DNA from: Candidatus Faecimonas intestinavium
Lineage (GTDB): Bacteria > Bacillota_I > Bacilli_A > RF39 > UBA660
Reading direction: 5' to 3'
DNA length: 60,255 bases
Assembly: GCA_018716045.1 (NCBI GenBank)
Contig: DVKL01000079.1
Location: forward strand, 1 to 60,255
Shown: positions 40,394 through 48,697 of the stretch, piece after piece
Layout of the letters: each line of letters begins with the position of its first letter
Numbering within the stretch: the first letter of the stretch is position 1
Translations under genes and position numbers: made by a program
Notes under the pieces: model-generated
Databases searched by the model: none
Told to the model about the DNA's origin: nothing
What the model saw: only the letters and a program-made list of their open reading frames with translations

Positions 40394-40487
40394 ATTTCGA
40401 TAAGTTTTCTTCTTTTCGCAAAAATATAATACAGAAAACATTTTAATTTGTCAAATATTTGTCATTTTCCACAAAATTTTACTAATT
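40394..40487 (-). repeat. Promoter-module repeat, copy B (TTGACA-17-TATTAT at 40454-40426)
   Basis: See copy A. It lies directly upstream of the 73-aa ORF. Confidence 0.7.
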
Positions 40488-40501
40488 TTTTAATTCTTTA
40501 T

Positions 40502-41041
40502 TTACTTATAATAATTATTTAAAATTCTTTCTAAAAAATTCCATGGGCCAACCTTTTCTGTAATGTTTTTATAATTATCATGAACCATATCCATAATTTC
40601 CTCTATAGTAAAAAAATGGACTTCTGAAACTTCTTCCTTTTGAAGTTTAATTTCGGATAGATCTATATTTTTAGTAATAATATAGCATTCATTAAAATGT
40701 TTATTAACAATATCCTTATGAGTATCTATAGAAGTAGAACCGATTAAATATTTAATATCACAATCATCAATATCAATACCAAATTCTTCTTTAGTCTCTC
40801 TAATTAAAGCTTCTCTACCAAATTCTCCTGCTAAAACATGTCCACCAATAGTAACATCCCATTTATTAGGCCACTGCTTTTTATTAGAACTTCGTTTTTG
40901 CAACAATATTTCCTTTTTATCATTAATAATGAAAGCATACACAGCCCTATGCCATAAGCCATTCTTATGACATTCTTCTCTAGTAGAAGTTTTACCAGTA
41001 AACTCTCCCCATTCATTTAACACATCAAATTCTTCTTTCAT
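40502..41041 (-). CDS. NUDIX hydrolase
   Basis: The Nudix box is GGHVLAGEFGREALIRETKEEFGI (GX5EX7REUXEEXGU). Confidence 0.88.
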   Translation of the reverse strand: MKEEFDVLNEWGEFTGKTSTREECHKNGLWHRAVYAFIINDKKEILLQKRSSNKKQWPNKWDVTIGGHVLAGEFGREALIRETKEEFGIDIDDCDIKYLIGSTSIDTHKDIVNKHFNECYIITKNIDLSEIKLQKEEVSEVHFFTIEEIMDMVHDNYKNITEKVGPWNFLERILNNYYK

Positions 41042-41081
41042 AACTACTCCTTTATAATAATTATTTTATCATAAAAATCAT

Positions 41082-41109
41082 AAAAAAAAGAAGTTAATTA
41101 CTTAACTTC
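41082..41109 (-). terminator. Intrinsic terminator after rplL
   Basis: Minus-strand RNA forms GAAGUUAA-GUAA-UUAACUUC followed by UUUUUUUU. The stop codon lies in the loop. Confidence 0.6.
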
Positions 41110-41466
41110 TACAGTAGCTCCAGCTTCTTCAAGCTTAGCTTTAATTTCATCAGCTTCAGTAGTAGAAATGTTTTCTTTAACTGCTCCGTTGTTATCAACG
41201 ATATCTTTAGATTCTTTTAATCCTAAACCAGTAATTTCTTTAACAACTTTGATAACAGCAACTTTAGCAGCTCCAGCATCAGCGATAGATACTGTAACAG
41301 TGCTAGGTGCAGCATCAGCTTGAGCTCCAGCAGCAGGTGCAGCTACAGCTACAGCAGATGGATCAACACCAAATTCTTCTTTCATTGCATCTACTAATTC
41401 TTTAATTTCTAATAAATTCATTTCTTTTAAACTACTGATAAAATCTTCTTTTGTTAATTTAGCCAT
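41098..41466 (-). CDS. rplL: 50S ribosomal protein L7/L12
   Basis: Ala-rich hinge and a C-terminal domain [24 protein letters not shown]. Confidence 0.95.
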   Translation of the reverse strand: MAKLTKEDFISSLKEMNLLEIKELVDAMKEEFGVDPSAVAVAAPAAGAQADAAPSTVTVSIADAGAAKVAVIKVVKEITGLGLKESKDIVDNNGAVKENISTTEADEIKAKLEEAGATVEVK

Positions 41467-41500
41467 TTTATTTCCTCCTTATTTAATATTTATTTGATTA

Positions 41501-41995
41501 TTAATTTTCTTCTTTTTGTTGACTATATAAATCTAATGCGATTGCTAAATCTCTTGGAATAGCCATCATACCACCAGCAAGCATAGTAAGTAATCCTTCT
41601 CTTGATGGTATAGTAGCATATTCAGCTAATTTAGCTTGATCTGCTTTTTCTCCATCTACAATCCCTACTTTTAATACTAATGCTGGATGATCTTTAGCAA
41701 AATCTGACAATACTTTAATTGGTGCGATTTGATCTTCACCAAAAGCAAAAGCACTAGGTCCATTTAATGATTCATTTAAATCTATATTTAAATCATTAAA
41801 AGCACGAGCCATTAAAGTGTTTTTATAAACTTTATAATCAGAGTTAGTTTCTCTTAATTTGATACGTAATTCTTTTGCTTCACTATCAGTAATACCACGA
41901 TAATCAAATAATACGATAGTATTAGCATTTTGAACACGCTCTTTGATTTCATCGATAATAGCTTGTTTTTGCTTTAAGATTGCTTCACTTGCCAT
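41501..41995 (-). CDS. rplJ: 50S ribosomal protein L10
   Basis: The sequence is typical of L10. ATG 41995 follows AAAGGAGGTG. Confidence 0.93.
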   Translation of the reverse strand: MASEAILKQKQAIIDEIKERVQNANTIVLFDYRGITDSEAKELRIKLRETNSDYKVYKNTLMARAFNDLNIDLNESLNGPSAFAFGEDQIAPIKVLSDFAKDHPALVLKVGIVDGEKADQAKLAEYATIPSREGLLTMLAGGMMAIPRDLAIALDLYSQQKEEN

Positions 41996-41999
41996 CAAA

Positions 42000-42150
42000 A
42001 CACCTCCTTTATTATTTAGGGATGCCATAAAAAAGATTCTCTACACAGACGCAAGAGAACCTTTTCCTATTCACTTAAGATTAAGTCCTCGGTAGGATTT
42101 ATTTTTACACCTACTGTCTATGGCACCTACAAATTGTCTTTATTATATCC
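42000..42150 (-). promoter_or_regulatory. Probable ribosomal protein L10 leader (autoregulatory structured 5' UTR)
   Basis: A ~150-nt untranslated gap between rplA and rplJ contains paired segments GACAGUAGGUG ... CCUACCGAGG. This is the location expected for the Firmicute L10 leader. Confidence 0.4.
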
Positions 42151-42159
42151 TATAACTAA

Positions 42160-42855
42160 CTATTTGTCAAAATTATTTTCAACTTTAATTCCAGGACCCA
42201 TAGTTGAAGCTATAGAAATACTCTTAACATAATCACCTTTTACTGTTGCTGGTTTAACTCTTAAGATAGCTGATACGAAAGCATTTAAGTTTTCCATCAA
42301 ATCTTCTTCAGAGAATGAAACCTTACCAATAACTCCATGAACAATTCCGAAACTATCAGCACGATATTCAACACGTCCAGCTTTTACTTCACTAACAGCT
42401 TTAGCAACATCTAATGTAACTGTACCAGTTTTAGGGTTAGGCATTAAACCTTTAGGTCCTAAAACTCTACCTAATTTACCAAGAAGAGGCATCATATCAG
42501 GAGTAGCAATCATAGTATCAAAATCAAACCAATTTTCTTTTTCGATTTTTTCTAACATATCAACGTCTCCAACATAATCAGCACCAGCTTCTTTAGCTTG
42601 AGTAGCTTTTTCTCCTTTAGCAATAACCAAAACTTTTGTAGTCTTACCAGTTCCTTTAGGAAGTACAATAGCACCTCTTAATTGTTGGTCAGCTTTCTTA
42701 GTATCGATATTTAATCTCATAGCGATTTCAACTGTACCATCAAAAGAACTAGTAGAAGTTTCTTTAACTAACTTAACAGCTTCTTCTTTAGTATATACTT
42801 TGTTACGTTCTACTTTAGACATAGCTTCTGTATATTTCTTACTTCTCTTTTTCAT
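42160..42855 (-). CDS. rplA: 50S ribosomal protein L1
   Basis: The sequence is typical of L1, and the gene follows the rplK-rplA order. Confidence 0.95.
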   Translation of the reverse strand: MKKRSKKYTEAMSKVERNKVYTKEEAVKLVKETSTSSFDGTVEIAMRLNIDTKKADQQLRGAIVLPKGTGKTTKVLVIAKGEKATQAKEAGADYVGDVDMLEKIEKENWFDFDTMIATPDMMPLLGKLGRVLGPKGLMPNPKTGTVTLDVAKAVSEVKAGRVEYRADSFGIVHGVIGKVSFSEEDLMENLNAFVSAILRVKPATVKGDYVKSISIASTMGPGIKVENNFDK

Positions 42856-42922
42856 TTTTATTCCTCCTTACGTGGTAATAGCGGTTAGAACCTTCCACAT
42901 AGGTATAACCTACATAGAATAA

Positions 42923-43360
42923 TTACTTATCAGTATAACCAGGGATTGAAATACCCATATTTCTAGCAGTACCAGCAACAATCTTCATTGCAGCTTCTAC
43001 ATCATAAGCATTTAAATCTGGTAATTTGATTTCAGCAATTTCTCTTAATTGATCTTCAGTTAATGTAGCAACAACTTCGTTAGCTCCCTTAACTGCACCT
43101 TTATTGATTTTTGCATATTTCTTAAGTAAAAATGCAACTGGTGGAGTTTTAATTACAAAATCAAAACTTCTATCATCATAAATTGAGATTTCTACTGGTA
43201 AAATATCACCCATTTTATCTCTAGTAGCATCATTATACTTAGTACAAAAATCTTGTAAATTAATTCCTGCAGGTCCTAAAACAGTTCCAACTGGTGGAGC
43301 TGGTGTAGCTTTTCCTGCTGGGATTTGTAATTTAATCTTCTTTATTGCTTCCTTTGCCAC
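42923..43360 (-). CDS. rplK: 50S ribosomal protein L11
   Basis: KLQIPAGKATPAPPVGTVLGPAG is present. GTG 43360 is preferred, with AGGAGG 8 nt upstream. The track ATG 43369 lies inside that SD. Confidence 0.93.
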   Translation of the reverse strand: MAKEAIKKIKLQIPAGKATPAPPVGTVLGPAGINLQDFCTKYNDATRDKMGDILPVEISIYDDRSFDFVIKTPPVAFLLKKYAKINKGAVKGANEVVATLTEDQLREIAEIKLPDLNAYDVEAAMKIVAGTARNMGISIPGYTDK

Positions 43361-43512
43361 GAAAAACACCTCCTATAATTTTAGTTTTCGCGAGTGGTCC
43401 AAATAGCTTGATTCCCGCTTTCATAAATGCAAACCATGCTTCCCACTAAATCTATATTAATTTCAATATAGCCCCTAAATAATAACATAGAAATTATATT
43501 TTTGCAACTATT

Positions 43513-44046
43513 TTATGCTTTTTGAATTTGATTTAATTCAACCTCAACAGAAGTCTCTTGTCCAAATAAATCAACAAGTAACATAACTTTTTGATTAGGA
43601 AGGTCAACACTATCAATCTTACCAAACATTCCATTAAATGGTCCATCAACGATTTTAACAGTAGCTCCTTCTACTAAATCAGTATCAACATCCATGCGAC
43701 TGATTCCCATATTACCAAGAATCTTATCTACTTCGTATGGTTGTAATGGTGTAGGTTTAGCACCCTTTCCACTAGAACCAATAAATCCAGTAACACCTGG
43801 TGTATTACGAACAACATACCAAGCTTCGTCTGTCATTACCATTTCTACTAAAATATAACCAGGAAACATTTTCTTAACTTTTTCTTTGCGAACTCCATCT
43901 TTTTCCTCGATAACTTTCTCCTCTGGAATGACAACTCTAAAAATATAATCTTGCATGTCCATTGATTCAGCACGCATCTCTAATTTTTCTTTAACCTTAT
44001 TCTCATGACCAGAATAAGTATTAACAACATACCATTGTTTATCCAT
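43513..44046 (-). CDS. nusG: Transcription termination/antitermination factor NusG
   Basis: NGN domain (WYVVNTYSGHENKV) and KOW motif (VKIVDGPFNGMFGKI). Confidence 0.95.
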   Translation of the reverse strand: MDKQWYVVNTYSGHENKVKEKLEMRAESMDMQDYIFRVVIPEEKVIEEKDGVRKEKVKKMFPGYILVEMVMTDEAWYVVRNTPGVTGFIGSSGKGAKPTPLQPYEVDKILGNMGISRMDVDTDLVEGATVKIVDGPFNGMFGKIDSVDLPNQKVMLLVDLFGQETSVEVELNQIQKA

Positions 44047-44060
44047 AACTAAAACTCCTT

Positions 44061-44393
44061 CTATCTAAATATTGATTGAATTAATGCAAAAATAATGTCG
44101 ATGACATAAAAGAACAAAGAACAAAATACAATAAATAAAACTGTCGCAATAGAATATTTAACCATATCTTTTTTTGTTGGCCAATGAACTTTCTTTGCTT
44201 CTGACTTTACACCATGGCAAAAGATACGGAATCTTACCCATAAGCTTTTCTTCTCTGAAGAAACTTTTACAGAATTATCATTTTTTTCTTTTTTCTGTTT
44301 ATCCTTATTCTGCTTACTTTTTTCATTCTTATGAAACTGAGTCTCATCAACTTTATAGTTTTCTATTTCATCTCTTTTTCTAACTTCAGCCAT
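44061..44393 (-). CDS. secE: Preprotein translocase subunit SecE with a long Lys-rich N-terminal extension
   Basis: C-terminal segment VKSEAKKVHWPTKKDMVKYSIATVLFIVFCSLFFYVID. The gene lies immediately upstream of nusG. Confidence 0.85.
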   Translation of the reverse strand: MAEVRKRDEIENYKVDETQFHKNEKSKQNKDKQKKEKNDNSVKVSSEKKSLWVRFRIFCHGVKSEAKKVHWPTKKDMVKYSIATVLFIVFCSLFFYVIDIIFALIQSIFR

Positions 44394-44497
44394 ATTTCAC
44401 CATTCCTATTTTTTTATCAAAATAAAAACACTTTCCGTGTTCACCATTAAAATAGCATAAACACTAGAAAATGTCAACAACTAAAGATAAAAATATA

Positions 44498-45340
44498 TCA
44501 ACGCAACAAATAAGCAAGGAATAAAACAACAAAACCTAATACAAATACTAAAACTGGATAAATTAAAGCTCTAGCAAAAGCAGCCTCTTTTCTTGCCAAA
44601 CTAGCATAAATAATCTCATTTGCCTCTTCATTATGTGGAAGAAAATCTTCAGCAGTATAATTGGTACCATTTGTTTTTACTAAACTTTTTCCTTGACTTT
44701 CTCCACTATTAGACGAAACTTCTTTTTCTAAATTCTGTAAATCACGTTTCTTCCTTTCACCAACATATTCACTATAATAAACAGAAGCACCTTTTTCTAT
44801 AATACCAGAGTAATAAGGAACATCCTCAGGAGGTAAAAAGATACTAAAATCCTGGAAATTTTCTTTTAATGACGGAATAGTGTTCATCGTAAAATGCTGC
44901 AAGCACTTTGCATAAAGTCCTACTTGTAATACCGCTGACATAAAGATATTATCTCTAACAATTCTTTTCTTCTGCGAAATATCATAAGGCAAAGGCGCCA
45001 AATCTTGAAACTTAATTTGTCGAATAGACTGATTTAATAAAGTTACTCTATCAAGAGCAAAAGAAGAAATATAATATCCCTGATTATGAATATATTTCAT
45101 AGCAATATCCATATTCACAAATAAATTTTGCAATTGATCGTTGGTATGATAACCTTGCAACCATTCATTTAAGGTAATAAACTCTATTTCTTTGTGACGA
45201 AAAGGAACAATATTAGAACGCTTTAATTTCTTTAATTCCTGCTTATTTTGTCCGCCATCTATAACAGAAAAAGGAACAGTTGAATTCTGTTCTAAAGAAG
45301 AAAAATCTTCATTTTTAACCCATTGTTCCTGTCCTGCCAT
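44498..45340 (-). CDS. C-tail-anchored membrane protein with a degenerate protein-kinase C-lobe-like region
   Basis: 280 aa with a single C-terminal TM helix (LIYPVLVFVLGFVVLFLAYLL). The segment MDIAMKYIHNQGYYISSFALDRVTLLNQSIRQIKFQDL parallels the kinase HRDLKPxN ... DFG layout, but the catalytic residues are replaced. No Gly-rich loop or VAIK motif. Confidence 0.45.
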   Translation of the reverse strand: MAGQEQWVKNEDFSSLEQNSTVPFSVIDGGQNKQELKKLKRSNIVPFRHKEIEFITLNEWLQGYHTNDQLQNLFVNMDIAMKYIHNQGYYISSFALDRVTLLNQSIRQIKFQDLAPLPYDISQKKRIVRDNIFMSAVLQVGLYAKCLQHFTMNTIPSLKENFQDFSIFLPPEDVPYYSGIIEKGASVYYSEYVGERKKRDLQNLEKEVSSNSGESQGKSLVKTNGTNYTAEDFLPHNEEANEIIYASLARKEAAFARALIYPVLVFVLGFVVLFLAYLLR

Positions 45341-45384
45341 ATTCTATTCACCTATTATTATTGTAAAACAAACAAAGTCTTTTT

Positions 45385-45984
45385 TCAATTCAAATTATAT
45401 TTTTCAACAACTTTTTTAAAAAATCTTCTTGCCTTAGAAATTTTAGATTCAACAGAAGAAAGCTTTAAATCTAAAAGTTGAGCAATTTCCTTATATGAAA
45501 AACCATTATAACGTAATTCAAAAACACACCGAGTATCTAAATCCAAAGTATAAGAAGATAAAAAAAGCTCATAAGTTAAATCTTTTGAAAAAGACTGAAA
45601 AAAAGTTCCAAAATAAGAAGAATCAGGAATAATATTAGAAGAATATTCTTCATCCAAAAAAGAAGAATTTAAAATCTGATGCTTTTGCGCCGATAAAGAC
45701 CTACAATAAGTTCTCATATGCCGCTCTATACAAATACTAGCATACGTATAAAACATAGTATTAATATCATCACGATAATTAACAATAGCACTGTTAAGTC
45801 CTATATATCCTTCCTGAATTAAATCCTGATATTCTCCCCCGTGTAAAGAAGCAAAACGAAAATACTTTTTTGCGAGAGATTTAATAATAGGCAAATATTT
45901 TTGATATAAAATATCATAACTTACATCCATATCCTCACTAATCAAATATAGAACTTCATAATCATTCACAGTCTTATAATTCAA
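45385..45984 (-). CDS. sigH: Sigma-70 family sigma factor, SigH-like by sequence and position
   Basis: Region 2 is DLIQEGYIGLNSAI ... FYTYASICIERHM ... AQKH. The region 4 HTH is SYKEIAQLLDLKLSSVESKISKARR. It lies between rlmB and secE, as Bacillus sigH does. Confidence 0.7.
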   Translation of the reverse strand: MNYKTVNDYEVLYLISEDMDVSYDILYQKYLPIIKSLAKKYFRFASLHGGEYQDLIQEGYIGLNSAIVNYRDDINTMFYTYASICIERHMRTYCRSLSAQKHQILNSSFLDEEYSSNIIPDSSYFGTFFQSFSKDLTYELFLSSYTLDLDTRCVFELRYNGFSYKEIAQLLDLKLSSVESKISKARRFFKKVVEKYNLN

Positions 45985-45992
45985 AATATCAT

Positions 45993-46691
45993 CTACTTTC
46001 TATTTCGAATCACCTCATAAATCATTATTCCACTAGCAACAGAAGCATTAAGACTATTAGTAGTACCATACATTGGAATTTTTGCTATAAAGTCACACTT
46101 TTTCCTAACTAAATTTGAGATGCCGACACCTTCGTTTCCGATAACCAAAGCTATCTTACCAGAATAATCAATACTTCGATAATCAACACTATCTTCTAAA
46201 GCAGTGCCAACAACCCAGAAATCATTTTTTTTAAGATAGTCAATAGTAGAAGACAAATTAGCAACCCGAGAAACTTTCATAGTGTCAAGCGTTCCAACAC
46301 TAGTTTTCATAACAGTTGCATTTACTTGTACTTGTCTATCTTTAGGAATAATAATACCATCAACTCCAGCCGCTTCACAGGTACGAATAATTGCCCCAAA
46401 ATTATGTGGATCTTCTAAATGATCTAAAATAACTAAGAAAGAAGCATCTTCATTAACAATATCTGCTAATGGATAATATTGGTAATCTCGAACATATAGA
46501 ATTATACCTTGATGAACGCCTTCTGCCAAATGATCAATTTCCTTTTTTGGCTTAATAAAAACCGGAATTTTACTCTTCTCTAACAAAGTAAGAATCTTTT
46601 TATCATCAAAGCCATCCTGTAATAATACTTTTTGAACATTCTTTGGTTTTTTTAACACTTCTAAAGCAACATTTCTACCATATACTAACAT
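45993..46691 (-). CDS. rlmB: 23S rRNA 2'-O-methyltransferase, RlmB/YacO (SpoU/TrmH family)
   Basis: SpoU motifs DPHNFGAIIRT, LVIGNEGVGIS and NSLNASVASGI. Confidence 0.85.
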   Translation of the reverse strand: MLVYGRNVALEVLKKPKNVQKVLLQDGFDDKKILTLLEKSKIPVFIKPKKEIDHLAEGVHQGIILYVRDYQYYPLADIVNEDASFLVILDHLEDPHNFGAIIRTCEAAGVDGIIIPKDRQVQVNATVMKTSVGTLDTMKVSRVANLSSTIDYLKKNDFWVVGTALEDSVDYRSIDYSGKIALVIGNEGVGISNLVRKKCDFIAKIPMYGTTNSLNASVASGIMIYEVIRNRK

Positions 46692-47083
46692 ACACTATCC
46701 TCCAAAATAAATTTCATAATCATATCAATTCTATCTCTCTTATTATCTAAATCTAAATAACCAATTAACGCCTCCAACCCAGTCGCATATTTATATGTTA
46801 CAATATCACAATTTTTAGGATGTGACGTCGTCTTATAATTTCTAGCTCTCTTTACAATATCCATCTCTTCATCTGACAAAAAATTGACATTTATCATTTT
46901 CTTCAAATATGCAGCCTGACTTTTTGCACTAACATACTTTACAGCTTCCTTCTGTAATTCATCTACATGAGCAATTCCTCGACGAATTAAAAATTTACGT
47001 ACATAATTCTCATAGATAGTATCACCTAAATAAGCAAGAACTAAAGAATTAATTTCTATTACTTTCAAAAAAATCACCACCAT
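46685..47083 (-). CDS. mrnC: Mini-ribonuclease 3
   Basis: LAYLGDTIYE signature, ~130 aa, located between cysS and rlmB. The real start may be TTG 47068, behind GGTGGTGA. Confidence 0.8.
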   Translation of the reverse strand: MVVIFLKVIEINSLVLAYLGDTIYENYVRKFLIRRGIAHVDELQKEAVKYVSAKSQAAYLKKMINVNFLSDEEMDIVKRARNYKTTSHPKNCDIVTYKYATGLEALIGYLDLDNKRDRIDMIMKFILEDSVC

Positions 47084-47256
47084 TACAAAAATAAATGATT
47101 ATCATAATAATTCATATGTTCAAACCATCTATATATCAAAAGACTATTACTAATAAACAAAATAATAGAAAAAGAACAACACTTCAACTCATACTAATAA
47201 TAAGAGAAGCTCGTTCTTTATACACTAATAATATTTATTATTTATACATATCCCTA

Positions 47257-48645
47257 CTAAAGAAGCTCATAAGTAGTTCCTTCTCTACTATCAATTAAGC
47301 GAATTCCTTCTTTTAATAATTCATCACGAATAGAATCAGCCAATGCAAAATCCTTATTACGTTTAGCCTCTGCTCTTTTTTCTATTTGCTCCAATATATG
47401 AGCCTCGTTAGCAACCGCCTTCTTTTCTTGAATTAAATCTAAAGATAACACTTGATCAAACTCACGAATTAAAGAAAGTTTACTCTTTCCAGAAAGCTGA
47501 TCATCTTTTAAAACTTCATATAAAACAGAAAGTGCATTAGCAGTATTCAAATCATCTGATAATTCTAAAACAAATTTATTACGATATTTCTCTATTAATT
47601 CTTTATCCTCTTCTCCATCTTCTACAATAGAAGAGATACGATTACGCAATTTTTTCAAAGTAGCATAAGCTTGATCTAGTGCTTCATAAGAAAATACTAA
47701 TTGCTTTCTATAATGAGAATTCAAACACATAAAACGAAATGCTAAAGGGTCATACCCTTTTTCTTTTAAAGCAGTAACTGTTAAAATAGCTCCATTAGAC
47801 TTACTCATTTTACCTGTTTCATCTAATAGATGTTCGTTATGAAACCAATACTTACACCATGGATGTCCTAAATAAGATTCACTTTGAGCAATTTCATTTG
47901 TATGATGTGGAAAAATATTATCAACTCCACCTCCATGAATATCAAGATACTCACCTAAATATTTGATAGAAATACCGCTACACTCAATATGCCACCCAGG
48001 ATAACCACGTCCCCATGGAGAGTCCCATAACAATTCATGATTTTCAAATTTACTAGTAGTAAACCATAAAACAAAGTCAGCTTGATTCTTCTTATTACTG
48101 TCTTCTTCTACGCCTTCTCTAGCGCCTACTACCATATTATCCTCTTGATGATTAGTTAAAACATAATAATCTGATAACTTAGTAGTATCAAAATAAACAT
48201 TACCACCAGATAAATAAGCATATCCCTTATCGATTAAAGTAGAAATAATTTTAATATATTCATCTATATTATCGGTAGCAGGAGATACAATTTCAGGCAT
48301 TTTACAATTAACTAAACGAAAATCTTCAAAAAAGGCATCTGTATAAAACTTAGCAATCTCCATTGCTGACTTATGTTCTCTTTTACGAGCAACTTCCATC
48401 TTATCTTCCCCAGAATCAGAATCACTTGTTAAATGACCAACATCTGTAATATTCATAGCCCTAGTAACCTCATAACCAAGAAAGCGTAATGTCTTATCTA
48501 AAACATCATGTCCTATATAATTACGAATATTACCAATATGTGCATAATGATATACAGTAGGCCCACAGGTATACAACTTTACTTTTCCTTCTTCATGAGG
48601 AACAAATTCTTCAATTTTTCTTGTTAAAGTATTATATAATTGCAT
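47257..48645 (-). CDS. cysS: Cysteinyl-tRNA synthetase
   Basis: HIGH-type motif (HYAHIGNIRN) and KMSKS. ATG 48645 follows AGGTGA. Confidence 0.93.
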   Translation of the reverse strand: MQLYNTLTRKIEEFVPHEEGKVKLYTCGPTVYHYAHIGNIRNYIGHDVLDKTLRFLGYEVTRAMNITDVGHLTSDSDSGEDKMEVARKREHKSAMEIAKFYTDAFFEDFRLVNCKMPEIVSPATDNIDEYIKIISTLIDKGYAYLSGGNVYFDTTKLSDYYVLTNHQEDNMVVGAREGVEEDSNKKNQADFVLWFTTSKFENHELLWDSPWGRGYPGWHIECSGISIKYLGEYLDIHGGGVDNIFPHHTNEIAQSESYLGHPWCKYWFHNEHLLDETGKMSKSNGAILTVTALKEKGYDPLAFRFMCLNSHYRKQLVFSYEALDQAYATLKKLRNRISSIVEDGEEDKELIEKYRNKFVLELSDDLNTANALSVLYEVLKDDQLSGKSKLSLIREFDQVLSLDLIQEKKAVANEAHILEQIEKRAEAKRNKDFALADSIRDELLKEGIRLIDSREGTTYELL

Positions 48646-48697
48646 AAAATCACCTACTACTAGTATATCATACACAAAATAGAAAAAATACAGATTT

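Noticed and set aside
40831-41016. 61-aa same-strand alternative-frame ORF inside the NUDIX gene, and 44174-44383 antisense to secE.
   Set aside because: Both are embedded in genes with clear family motifs, and neither has an SD.
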